Assembly (NCBI GenBank): GCA_016933175.1
Contig: JAFGBK010000070.1
Coordinates: forward strand, 101,866 to 165,865
Length of the DNA: 64,000 nt
From: Candidatus Krumholzibacteriota bacterium
GTDB taxonomy: Bacteria > Krumholzibacteriota > Krumholzibacteriia > JACNKJ01
Direction of reading: 5' to 3'
Under the pieces are notes generated by a model, which made no database searches, had not been told where the DNA came from, and worked only from the letters and a program-made list of their open reading frames with translations. Both the position numbers and the translations under genes were made by a program. Positions 1 through 9,605 of this stretch are shown here, piece by piece (the first letter of the stretch is position 1; every line of letters begins with the position of its first letter).

Positions 1-365
1 GCGGGCAGCTGGAGGCTGCGGGCGACGCGCACCACCTGGGCCAGGTCCTCCGGCGTGATCTCGCGGCTGCCGCCCTCCTTGGCGTGGACGCCCTCGCTGC
101 GCACGGCGCGGAAGTGGTCGCCGGTCACCTTGGCGAAGACCGAGCGGATCTCCAGGCCGCTGGCGCGCTCGGCCTCGTCGACGGCGGCGCGGATGGCGGC
201 CACCGCCGGTTCGAAGCCGACGACGACGCCCTTGCGCACGCCCTCGCTGGGCACGGTGCCCAGGCCCAGCACGCGCAGGGCGCCGCGCGCGTCACGCTCG
301 GCCGCCACCACGGTGACGCGGTGGCTGCCCAGGTCCAGTCCGACGACGATGCTTCTCTCGTTCAT
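1..365 (-). CDS. ftsA: Cell division protein FtsA (5' part; runs off the window edge)
   Basis: Not in the ORF track. Translated by hand from ATG at 365: MNERSIVVGLDLGSHRVTVVAAERDARGALRVLGLGTVPSEGVRKGVVV, matching the FtsA N-terminal GLDxGS and G(V/L)RKGVVV motifs. Lies directly after ftsQ, with a GGAGGGG SD-like site upstream. Confidence 0.93.
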   Translation of the reverse strand, partial: MNERSIVVGLDLGSHRVTVVAAERDARGALRVLGLGTVPSEGVRKGVVVGFEPAVAAIRAAVDEAERASGLEIRSVFAKVTGDHFRAVRSEGVHAKEGGSREITPEDLAQVVRVARSLQLP

Positions 366-386
366 GCCTCGTCCACCCCTCCCGTC

Positions 387-1130
387 TCAGCGGGCGACGA
401 CCTGGTCGCGGTAGCGCAGGTCCAGCTCGGCGGGGAAGGCGCCGGCCCCGGCCAGCTCGGTGAAGACCTCGCGGTAGCATCGGGTCCGCGCCTCGAAATC
501 CTCCCAGCCCAGGATGACGCGCGTGCCGCTCTGGTTGCGATAGTAGACCAGCCCCTCGGCCTCGACGGCCAGCTCGCTCACCTCGCCGGCCAGGTCGAAG
601 GACGCCGCGCCCAGCGCGGCCAAGGCGCGCAGGGCCAGGCAGCGCGCGCTGTCGGCCGGCACGGTCCCGCTCCGGCGGATGATGGGCAGGTCCGGCGGCG
701 CGTCGCCGAAGCGCGCCAGCGGGCGGCCGGCGGCGTCCAGCTCCCGCCAGGCGCCGTCCCAGACCAGGGCCACGGCCTCGGCCTCCTCGATGCGGCAGAC
801 CAGCGTGCCCGGCAGCCGCCGGTGGACGCGGGCGCGGCGGACCCGCGGCAGGGAGTCCAGGACCGCCGCCACGCTGTCGGGCCGCAGCCGGTGCAGGGGC
901 CGGCCCAGCAGGGGCTCCAGGGCCTCGCGCACGCGCTCCTCGGGCAGGACCCGGCAGCCCGTGATCTCCAGGCTGCTCAGGGTCATGAAGTCGCTGGCGA
1001 GAAAGGCGCGGATCCCCGTCCAGCCGCCCCAGCCGGCCAGGCAGCCCAGGAAGACGAAGACCGCCAGCAGGACGCGGGCCCAGGGCCCGCGCTGCTTCAC
1101 CGCCATGGCCCGGCGCCTAGGGCTCGCCAT
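387..1130 (-). CDS. ftsQ: Cell division protein FtsQ/DivIB
   Basis: Single N-terminal TM helix, POTRA-like segment (LEITGCRVLPEERV...RRLPGTLVCRIEE), C-terminal ELDLRYRDQVVAR motif, located between murB and ftsA. The start could be 1106. Confidence 0.9.
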   Translation of the reverse strand: MASPRRRAMAVKQRGPWARVLLAVFVFLGCLAGWGGWTGIRAFLASDFMTLSSLEITGCRVLPEERVREALEPLLGRPLHRLRPDSVAAVLDSLPRVRRARVHRRLPGTLVCRIEEAEAVALVWDGAWRELDAAGRPLARFGDAPPDLPIIRRSGTVPADSARCLALRALAALGAASFDLAGEVSELAVEAEGLVYYRNQSGTRVILGWEDFEARTRCYREVFTELAGAGAFPAELDLRYRDQVVAR

Positions 1131-2031
1131 AGATCCGGATCTCCCGTTCCAGCCGCACGCCCGTCTCCCGCGCGACGGCGGCGGCCACCTCCTCGATGAG
1201 GGCCTCGACGTCGGCGGCCGTGGCCGTCTCGTCCAGAGCCTCGATGAAGTTCGCGTGATGCGCGAAGACGCGCGCGCCGCCGCGGCGGCGGCCCTTGAGG
1301 CCGCAGGCGTCGATGAGGCGGCCGGCGTGCTCGCCCGGCGGGTTCTTGAACGTGCAGCCGGCCGTGCGCACCCCCGCCGTCCGCGCCGCGGCCCGCTTGC
1401 CGCTGATGGCCTCGTAGCACTCCCGCTCCGCCGGCAGCGCGGCCGGCGGCAGGGGCGGCAGGCGCAGGTCCACGCGCGTGACGACGGCGCCGGCGGGCAG
1501 ATGGCAGCGCCGGTAGCTGAAGCGCAGGGCGCCGGACTCGATGCGCAGGGGCGAGCCGTCGGGCAGGTAGCCCGCCACGGCCGCCGTCGCGCCGGCCATG
1601 TCGCCGCCGTAGGCGCCGGCGTTGCCGGCCAGGGCGCCGCCGAGGCTGCCCGGCAGCCCGGCGGCCCACGCGAAGCCGCCGCGGCCGGCCTCGATCGCGC
1701 GGCGCGCCAGGACCGCGGCGGGCAGGCCGGCGCCGCACCGGGCGAGGCCGTCCTCCCAGGTCAGGCCGGCGAGGTCGCGGCCCACGCGGATCACGGCGCC
1801 GCGCACGCCGCCGTCCCGCACCAGGACGTTGGTGCCGTCGCCGAGGATGGTGACCGGCACGCCGTGCGCGTGGAGGCAGGCGAGCAGGGGTCCCACCTGA
1901 TCGTCGCGCTCGGGTGTGAAGAGCCAGTCGGCCGGCCCGCCCAGGCCGAAGCGTGTCAGCGGCGCCAGGGGCGCATCCGCGGCCGCGGGTCCGTCGTAGG
2001 CGGCCGCCAGGTCCTCGGCCAGGGTCCTCAT
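1117..2031 (-). CDS. murB: UDP-N-acetylenolpyruvoylglucosamine reductase
   Basis: TRFGLGGPAD, GDGTNVLVRDGG, GLPGSLGGALAGNAGAYG, FSYRR, AGCTFKNP, HANFI and LEREI motifs. Confidence 0.96.
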   Translation of the reverse strand: MRTLAEDLAAAYDGPAAADAPLAPLTRFGLGGPADWLFTPERDDQVGPLLACLHAHGVPVTILGDGTNVLVRDGGVRGAVIRVGRDLAGLTWEDGLARCGAGLPAAVLARRAIEAGRGGFAWAAGLPGSLGGALAGNAGAYGGDMAGATAAVAGYLPDGSPLRIESGALRFSYRRCHLPAGAVVTRVDLRLPPLPPAALPAERECYEAISGKRAAARTAGVRTAGCTFKNPPGEHAGRLIDACGLKGRRRGGARVFAHHANFIEALDETATAADVEALIEEVAAAVARETGVRLEREIRIYGEP

Positions 2032-3413
2032 GGCAGCGCGCGCTCCGCGGTCAGGCGGCCGACCAGGTCCTCGGCGAAGCGGTTGAGATCACCGGCGCCC
2101 AGGGTGAACACCAGGTCGCCGGGCCGCGCCTCGGCCAGCAGGGCGCGGGCGATCTCCTCCCGGTCGGCCATGCGGCGGACGGGCGTCCTTCCCCGCTGGC
2201 GGACGGCCTCGACGATGAGGCCGGCGTCCACGCCCGGCCGCGGCGCCTCGCCGGCCGCGTAGATCTCGGTGACGATGAGGTCCGCGGCGTCGTCGAAGGC
2301 CGCGCCGAACTCGGCGTGGAGGATCTCGGTGCGCGAGAAGCGATGCGGCTGGAAGACCACGCGCAGCGGCCGCCCGAAGTGGCGCCGCGCGGCGGCCAGG
2401 GTGGCCGCGATCTCCGTGGGATGGTGGCCGTAGTCGTCCATGACCAGCACGCCGCCGGCCTCGCCCTTGACCTCGAAACGCCGGCCCACGCCCTGGAAGG
2501 CGGCCAGCCCCCGGGCGATGGCCTCGGGATCCAGGTCCAGCTCGAGCCCCACGGCCACGGCCGCCAGGGCGTTGAGCACGTTGTGGCGGCCCAGGACGGG
2601 CATGTCCACCTCGCCCGCGTGGGTGGGGCTCTCCCAGCGGAAGCGGGTGCCGCCGGCGTACTGCTCGAGGATGTGGCCCCGCAGGGTCGCCTCCTCGCCC
2701 AGGCCGTAGCCCACCACCCGGGCCGTGACCCGCGGCAGCAGATCGCGCAGGACGGGGTCGTCCGTGCAGGCGATGGCGGCGCCGTAGAAGGGCAGGCGGC
2801 AGAGGAAGTCCACGAAGGCCTGCTGCAGGCGCTCGAAGCTGCCGTAGTGGTCGAGGTGCTCGCGGTCGACGTTGGTGATCACGGCCCAGGTGGGCGCCAG
2901 GCGGAGAAAGGAGCCGTCGCTCTCGTCGGCCTCGGCCACCATGAAGGGACCGGCGCCCAGGCGGGCGTTGCTGCCGAAGCTCTGCAGGCGGCCTCCCACC
3001 ACGGCCGTCGGGTCGAGGCCACCCGAGTGGAGGACCTGGGCCACCAGGCTGCTGGCGGTCGTCTTGCCGTGGCTGCCCGTGACGGCGATGCCGTGCTTGA
3101 GGCGCATGAGCTCGGCCAGCATCTCGCCGCGGCTGACGACGGGGACGCCCCGCCGGCGGGCCTCCGCGAGCTCCGGGTTGTCCGCCGGCACGGCGCTGGA
3201 GTAGACCACCACGTCGGCTCCGGCCACCTGATCGGCCCGATGCCCCACGTCGCAGCGCACGCCCAGGTGGCGGAGGCGTGCCAGGAGCGGGCTGTCGGCC
3301 AGGTCCGATCCCGTCACCACAAATCCCGAATTGGCAAGGATTTCGGCGATTCCGCTCATGCCGATTCCACCGATGGCGACCAGATGGACCTGGCGGGTGC
3401 GTCCCAGGCGCAC
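2028..3413 (-). CDS. murC: UDP-N-acetylmuramate--L-alanine ligase
   Basis: IGGIGMSGIA, GSHGKTT P-loop, AEADESDGSF, GVGRRF, DDYGHHPTEI, FQPHRFSR. Start re-picked at GTG 3413 behind an AAGGAG SD; the ORF-track extension to 3788 overlaps murG. Confidence 0.96.
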   Translation of the reverse strand: MRLGRTRQVHLVAIGGIGMSGIAEILANSGFVVTGSDLADSPLLARLRHLGVRCDVGHRADQVAGADVVVYSSAVPADNPELAEARRRGVPVVSRGEMLAELMRLKHGIAVTGSHGKTTASSLVAQVLHSGGLDPTAVVGGRLQSFGSNARLGAGPFMVAEADESDGSFLRLAPTWAVITNVDREHLDHYGSFERLQQAFVDFLCRLPFYGAAIACTDDPVLRDLLPRVTARVVGYGLGEEATLRGHILEQYAGGTRFRWESPTHAGEVDMPVLGRHNVLNALAAVAVGLELDLDPEAIARGLAAFQGVGRRFEVKGEAGGVLVMDDYGHHPTEIAATLAAARRHFGRPLRVVFQPHRFSRTEILHAEFGAAFDDAADLIVTEIYAAGEAPRPGVDAGLIVEAVRQRGRTPVRRMADREEIARALLAEARPGDLVFTLGAGDLNRFAEDLVGRLTAERALP

Positions 3414-3472
3414 GGACTCTCCTTCCCGGGGTGGGGTGGCGGCCGCGGCCGGCGCGGCCGTGGCCCGGTGTA

Positions 3473-4576
3473 TCATCGGCCCCCGGGGCCAGCAAGGATT
3501 TTCTCCATGCCGGCCAGGATCTCGGCGGTGGCCTCGGGCCGGCCCAGGGAACGGCTGGCGCGGGCCATGGCCTCCTCCCGCCCCGGCTCCTCCCAGAGGC
3601 GCTCCAGGAGCGCGGCCAGCCCCTCGCCGGTGAGCTCGGCGTCGGGGACGAGGACGGCAGCGCCCGCGTCCACCAGGGAGCGGGCGTTGACCGTCTGGTG
3701 GTCGTCCACGGCGTGGGGGAAGGGAACCAGCACGGCCGGCAGTCCCATGAGTGTGATCTCGGCCAGGGTCATGGCGCCGGAACGACATATGACCCAGTGG
3801 CTTCGCGCCATTTCTTCAGGCATGTTCTCGATGTAGGCGCGCACCTGGACCCGCGGCGCCAGATGCCGCAGCGCCTCGCCGATCCGCCCGGCGTCGTCCT
3901 CGCCGGTCTGGAGCAGGGCCTCGAAGTCCGCGTGCCGCGCCAGACGGGGCAGGGCCTCGCAGGCAGCTTCGTTGAGGCGACGGGCGCCGCGACTGCCCCC
4001 GAAGATCAGCAGGCGCCGCGGTCCCGGCGGCGGCCCCTCGGCCCGGCGCCGCCGGGCGCGGTCGCGGATGGCCGCTCGCACGGGATTGCCCGTCACGCGG
4101 CGCGGCGGCCGTTCGCTCAGGCCCGCGGCCGCCGCGGGGAAGGCCAGGAAGAGACCGCGGGCGCTCGCGGCGAAGAGCCGGATCACCTGGCCGGGCACGC
4201 TGTTCTGCTCCTGTAGGAAGAAGGGCCGGCCCGCGAGACGGGCGGCGGCCAGCACGGGCAGGCTGGCGAAGCTGCCCGTAGCCAGGACGGCGTCGGGCCG
4301 GAAGCGGCGCAGCAGATCCATGGCGCGCAGCGTGGCCAGGGCCGTCTCGCCGGGAAAGAGCAGGCGTTCGCCCAGCCCCTTGCCGCGGAAGCCCCGCATG
4401 GACAGACCCCGGAAGGGCATGCCGGCCGCCGGCACGATGCGCGCCTCCAGGCCGCGGCGGGATCCCACGAAGAGGACCTCCCGGCCCTCGCCGCCGGCCA
4501 GGAAGGCCTCGCCCAGGGCCAGTGCCGGGTAGACGTGCCCGCCCGTACCTCCGCCCGTGACGAGCAGGCGCCTCAT
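3473..4576 (-). CDS. murG: Lipid I N-acetylglucosamine transferase MurG
   Basis: MRRLLVTGGGTGGHVYPALA, QEQNSVPG, TGNPVR, FGGSRGA, CRSGAMTLAE, DDHQTVNA. ATG at 4576 overlaps the ftsW stop (ATGA). Confidence 0.96.
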   Translation of the reverse strand: MRRLLVTGGGTGGHVYPALALGEAFLAGGEGREVLFVGSRRGLEARIVPAAGMPFRGLSMRGFRGKGLGERLLFPGETALATLRAMDLLRRFRPDAVLATGSFASLPVLAAARLAGRPFFLQEQNSVPGQVIRLFAASARGLFLAFPAAAAGLSERPPRRVTGNPVRAAIRDRARRRRAEGPPPGPRRLLIFGGSRGARRLNEAACEALPRLARHADFEALLQTGEDDAGRIGEALRHLAPRVQVRAYIENMPEEMARSHWVICRSGAMTLAEITLMGLPAVLVPFPHAVDDHQTVNARSLVDAGAAVLVPDAELTGEGLAALLERLWEEPGREEAMARASRSLGRPEATAEILAGMEKILAGPGGR

Positions 4577-5727
4577 CGTCCCCTCCCGCCGAAGAGGTCC
4601 TCCATCAGGATATTCTCGCGCCCCTCGGCGCGGCGCCGCGCCGGCCTCCCGCCGCGGCGACTCCGCGTGACGGAGAGAACCAGGCCCAGGGCGCCCAGGT
4701 GCATGACCAGGGAGCTGCCCCCGTGGCTGACGAAGGGCAGGGGCACCCCCGTCAACGGGAAGAGTCCCAGGGCCACGGCCATGTTCAGGGTCGTGTAGAC
4801 GAAGATCGTCGCCCCCACCCCCGCGGCCAGGTAGCAGGCGAAGGGATCGGCCTGCCGCGCGGCGAGGATCAGGGCCCGCAGGGACAGGGCCGTCAGCAGC
4901 CCGAGCAGGGTCAGCGTGCCCAGCAGGCCGAACTCCTCGCCGGCGATGGCGAGGATGAAGTCCGTGTGGTGGTCGGGCAGGAAGCTCTTCTGCCGGCTGC
5001 GGGCCGCGCCCTGGCCCCACAGGCCGCCGGCCCCCAGGCCGATGAGGGACTGGCGGAGCTGGTAGGTCTCGCCGGTGTCCTCCATCCCGCCGGCGTGGTA
5101 GGTGAGGTCCACGCGGTGCTGGATGCGGTCGCTGAAGCGATAGCCCGCCGCGCCCACCACCACCAGCGCGAGCAGGCCCGCCAGCAGCCAGCGGCGCGGC
5201 GGCGCGGCAGCCACGAGGACGGCCCCGCCGCAGAATCCCAGGGCCAGGGCCGAACCGTAGTCGGGCTGCAGGGCCACCAGGCCCGTGGCCAGGACCAGGG
5301 CGGCCAGGGGCAGGGCGAAGCGCCGCCAGGCGCGGGAATCCGCGGCCCGCGCCGCCAGGCGCTCGGCCAGCAGCATCAGCAGCCCGACGCGCGCCACGTC
5401 CACGGCCTGGAAGCCGCCGATCCAGCCGCGCGTGCCGCGCACCGAGGCCGTGAACAGGACGGCCACCAGCAGGGCGATGCCCAGCAGGCCCGCGGCCGGC
5501 GACAGGCGCCGCAGCCAGCGGTGGTCCGTCAGGGCCAGGGCCAGCATGAGCGCGAGGCCCACGGCGAGCTGGGTCAGGCGGCGCAGGAGATAGGCGCTGC
5601 CGTGGCCGGGGCCGCTCAGCTCCCAGCCCCCGGACGCGACGGCCGAGCCCAGCACCACCATGCCGGCCAGGACGGTCAGGAAGGTCAGGGCCAGCAGGGT
5701 GCGATCCAGCGTGCCGAGGGCGTTCAC
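4573..5727 (-). CDS. ftsW: SEDS-family peptidoglycan polymerase FtsW
   Basis: Multi-TM protein with LQPDYGSA, YQLRQSLIGLGAGGLWGQG, LPDHHTDFILAIAGEEFG and GVPLPFVSHGGSS. GTG at 5727 overlaps the murD stop. Confidence 0.93.
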   Translation of the reverse strand: MNALGTLDRTLLALTFLTVLAGMVVLGSAVASGGWELSGPGHGSAYLLRRLTQLAVGLALMLALALTDHRWLRRLSPAAGLLGIALLVAVLFTASVRGTRGWIGGFQAVDVARVGLLMLLAERLAARAADSRAWRRFALPLAALVLATGLVALQPDYGSALALGFCGGAVLVAAAPPRRWLLAGLLALVVVGAAGYRFSDRIQHRVDLTYHAGGMEDTGETYQLRQSLIGLGAGGLWGQGAARSRQKSFLPDHHTDFILAIAGEEFGLLGTLTLLGLLTALSLRALILAARQADPFACYLAAGVGATIFVYTTLNMAVALGLFPLTGVPLPFVSHGGSSLVMHLGALGLVLSVTRSRRGGRPARRRAEGRENILMEDLFGGRGR

Positions 5728-7100
5728 GGAACGGCCTCCCGCACCAGGCGGCGGAAGGCGTCGCCGCGCGCCTCGAAATCCCGGTACTGGTCGAAGCTGG
5801 CGCAGGCCGGCGAGAGGACGAGCCGCTCGCCGTCGCGGCCCTCGTCCAGGGCCGCGCGCAGGGCGGCCGCCAGGTCGCCCGCCAGGCGTCCCCGTGGGCC
5901 GAAGGCGAGGACGACGCTCGGGCCGGCCTCGCCGATGCCGTAGGCGAGGCGCACCTGGGGCAGCTCCCGGGCCAGCAGGTCGAAGTCGCCGCCCTTGTCC
6001 CGCCCGCCGGCGATGAGGAGCAGCGGCCCGGCCAGCCCGCCCAGGCTGGCCAGCGTGGCCTCGACGTTGGTGGCCTTGGAGTCGTTGTAGCAGTCCAGGA
6101 CGCCGCATCGCCCCAGCGGCTCCATGCGATGGGGCAGGCCGGGGAAGGCGCGCAGGACGCCGGCCAGCGCCGCCTCGTCGCGCAGGAAGGGCAGGGCGCA
6201 GGCCAGGGCCGCCAGGGCGTTGGCCAGGTTGTGACGGCCCACCAGGCGCAGGTCGGCGGCGGGCAGGAGCGGCGTCTCGCGCCCCGCGCGGCGCAGGACG
6301 ATGGCGCCGCCGCGCAGGCCGGCGCCGTCGGCGCCCGCGTCGCCGCCGGCTGCGGCCGTCGCGCCCGCGTCGCTTGCGGGGCCGCCGCCGGCTCCCGCGC
6401 CGCCACACGGCTCGAAGCGGAGCCGGCGCGCCGGGCAGCCGCCCAGGCGCGCGTCCAGCCCGCCCCCCGCCGGCAGGACCAGCCAGTCGTCGGCGGCCAG
6501 GCGCTCGAACAGCCGCAGCTTGGCGGCGTAGTAGCGCTCGGCGTCGCCGTAGCGATCCAGGTGGTCGGGCGTCAGATTGAGCAGGGCCGCCGCGTGGGGC
6601 CGGAAGCGGGCGAAGGTCTCGGCCTGGAAGCTGCTGACCTCCAGGACGTAGAAGTCGGCGTCGGGCTCCGCGAGGACGAGCTCGCTGAAGGGGCGGCCCA
6701 GGTTGCCGCCGGCCGGCGCCAGCCAGCCCTGGCTCTCCAGGAGCAGGCCCAGCAGGGTCGTCGTCGTGCTCTTGCCGTTGGTGCCGGTGACGGCCAGCAC
6801 GGGCGCTCCCGCCAGGGCGAAGGCCTCCTCCAGCTCGCCGCTGACGGGAATCCCCGCCGCGCGGGCCGCGCGCGGGGCCGGCGCGTCCGGGAGCACGCCG
6901 GGGCTGACGGCCAGGCGCGTGACGCCCTGCAGCCAGTCCGCCGCGAAGGGTCCGCCGTGAAAGGGCAGACCGCGCAGGTCGTCGGGCAGGTCGCCGGCCG
7001 CCAGGCGCTCGTCGGCCAGCACCACGGCGCGGCCCCGCGCCTGCAGGAGGCGCGCCAGGGCGCGGCCGCTGCGCGCCATGCCGAGGATGAGGGTCGCCAT
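5724..7100 (-). CDS. murD: UDP-N-acetylmuramoyl-L-alanine--D-glutamate ligase
   Basis: ILGMARSG, VTGTNGKSTTT, GGNLG, LEVSSFQ, PDHLDRY, GLPHRME, YNDSKATN, LSPACASFDQY. Confidence 0.97.
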   Translation of the reverse strand: MATLILGMARSGRALARLLQARGRAVVLADERLAAGDLPDDLRGLPFHGGPFAADWLQGVTRLAVSPGVLPDAPAPRAARAAGIPVSGELEEAFALAGAPVLAVTGTNGKSTTTTLLGLLLESQGWLAPAGGNLGRPFSELVLAEPDADFYVLEVSSFQAETFARFRPHAAALLNLTPDHLDRYGDAERYYAAKLRLFERLAADDWLVLPAGGGLDARLGGCPARRLRFEPCGGAGAGGGPASDAGATAAAGGDAGADGAGLRGGAIVLRRAGRETPLLPAADLRLVGRHNLANALAALACALPFLRDEAALAGVLRAFPGLPHRMEPLGRCGVLDCYNDSKATNVEATLASLGGLAGPLLLIAGGRDKGGDFDLLARELPQVRLAYGIGEAGPSVVLAFGPRGRLAGDLAAALRAALDEGRDGERLVLSPACASFDQYRDFEARGDAFRRLVREAVP

Positions 7101-7109
7101 CGTGCCTCG

Positions 7110-8195
<1,086 letters not shown>

Positions 8196-9605
8196 CTAGC
8201 GCAGCTCCTCCCGGCGCCGGCCCAGCGACGCCTCCAGCGCGTCCAGCACGCCCTCCATGGCCATGCCGCGCGATCCCTTCACCAGCAGCAGGTCGCCGGG
8301 CCCGAGGACCGCGGCGAGGTCCGCGGCCAGGGAGCCGAGATCGTCGTGGTGGCGCGCCGAGGCCAGGCCCGCCGCGCGGGCGCCGGCCACCAGTTCACGC
8401 GAAAGGGGCCCCACGGCCAGGAGCCCGTCCAGCCCCAGGCCGGCGGCCTCCTCGCCGACGGCGCGGTGCAGGGCGGGACTCCTCTCGCCCAGCTCGAGCA
8501 TGTCCCCCAGCGCCGCCCAGCGGCGTCCGGCGGCCGGCGCCTCGCCCAGCCAGCGCAGTGCGGCGCGCAGGGAATCGGGATTGGCGTTGTAGCTGTCGTC
8601 CATGACGGTGATGTCGCCGAGGCGGTACAGGGCGCCGCGGTTGCCCTCGCGCAGGGCGCCGGGGACGGCGGCGGCCAGGGCCGCGGGCTCGCCGCCCAGG
8701 TGGCGCGCCGCCAGCCAGGCCGCGGCGGCGTTGAGCAGGACGTGGCGCGCCGGGCGCGGCAGCGTCAACTCGTGGCCCTCCAGGCGCAGGCGCCGCGACG
8801 CGGGCCCGGCCGGGCCCAGGTCCTCCACCACCAGGTCGTTGCCCGGCCCGAAGCCGAAGCGCTTGACCGGCGCGCGCGTGCGCGCCGCCAGGGCGGGCGC
8901 GTAGGCGTCGTCGCCGCCCAGGATGCACAGGCCGTCGGCGGGCAGCGCCGCCGGCAGCTCGCCCTTGGCGCGTGCCACGCCGTCCAGGTCGCCGAGCATC
9001 GCCAGGTGGCCGGCGCCGATGTTGGTGACGATGCCGATGCGCGGCGGGAAGAGGCGGCACAGAGCCTCGATCTCGCCGAAGCTGGAGCAGCCCATCTCCA
9101 GGACCAGGTAGCGTGCGGCGGCGGACAGGCCCAGCAGGGTCAGGGGCAGGCCGACGAGGTTGTTGTAGTTGCCCTCGCTGGCGTGGACGGGGCCGAGGGT
9201 GGCCAGCAGGGCGCGGCACAGGTCCTTGGTGCCCGTCTTGCCGTTGGTGCCGGTGACGGCCACCACCACCGGCGCCACCTCGCCGAGGCGCGCGGTGGCC
9301 AGGGCCTGGAGGGCGGCCAGGGGATCGGGCACCAGGTAGAGCGCCGCGCCGGGATGCTCGGTGGCGAGGACGTCGAAGCGTGACGCGTCGCCCAGGAGGG
9401 CGGCCGTGGCGCCGGCGGCCAGGGCCGCTCCGGCGTGGGCGTGGCCGTCCGTCCGCGCGCCGGGCAGGGCGACGAAGAGCTCGCCGCCGCGGACGCGCCG
9501 GCTGTCGGCGACAGCGCCGGCGACCGGCGCGCCGCCGCCGGCGCGGCTGCGCAGCAGCAGTCCCGCCTCGCCGAGACGCGCCTCCACCCAGGTCGCGGGG
9601 ATCAC
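8196..9605 (-). CDS. murF: UDP-N-acetylmuramoyl-tripeptide--D-Ala-D-Ala ligase
   Basis: DSRRV...LFVALPGARTDGH, VTGTNGKTGTK, GNYNNLVGLPLT, VLEMG, DDSYNANPDS, LGDMLELG, VKGSRGM. GTG at 9605 overlaps the murE stop. Confidence 0.96.
   Translation of the reverse strand: MIPATWVEARLGEAGLLLRSRAGGGAPVAGAVADSRRVRGGELFVALPGARTDGHAHAGAALAAGATAALLGDASRFDVLATEHPGAALYLVPDPLAALQALATARLGEVAPVVVAVTGTNGKTGTKDLCRALLATLGPVHASEGNYNNLVGLPLTLLGLSAAARYLVLEMGCSSFGEIEALCRLFPPRIGIVTNIGAGHLAMLGDLDGVARAKGELPAALPADGLCILGGDDAYAPALAARTRAPVKRFGFGPGNDLVVEDLGPAGPASRRLRLEGHELTLPRPARHVLLNAAAAWLAARHLGGEPAALAAAVPGALREGNRGALYRLGDITVMDDSYNANPDSLRAALRWLGEAPAAGRRWAALGDMLELGERSPALHRAVGEEAAGLGLDGLLAVGPLSRELVAGARAAGLASARHHDDLGSLAADLAAVLGPGDLLLVKGSRGMAMEGVLDALEASLGRRREELR

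Noticed and set aside
3414-3472. Internal promoter or terminator in the murG-murC gap
   Set aside because: Only a weak TGaTACACC match and a GC hairpin without a U-tract; insufficient support.
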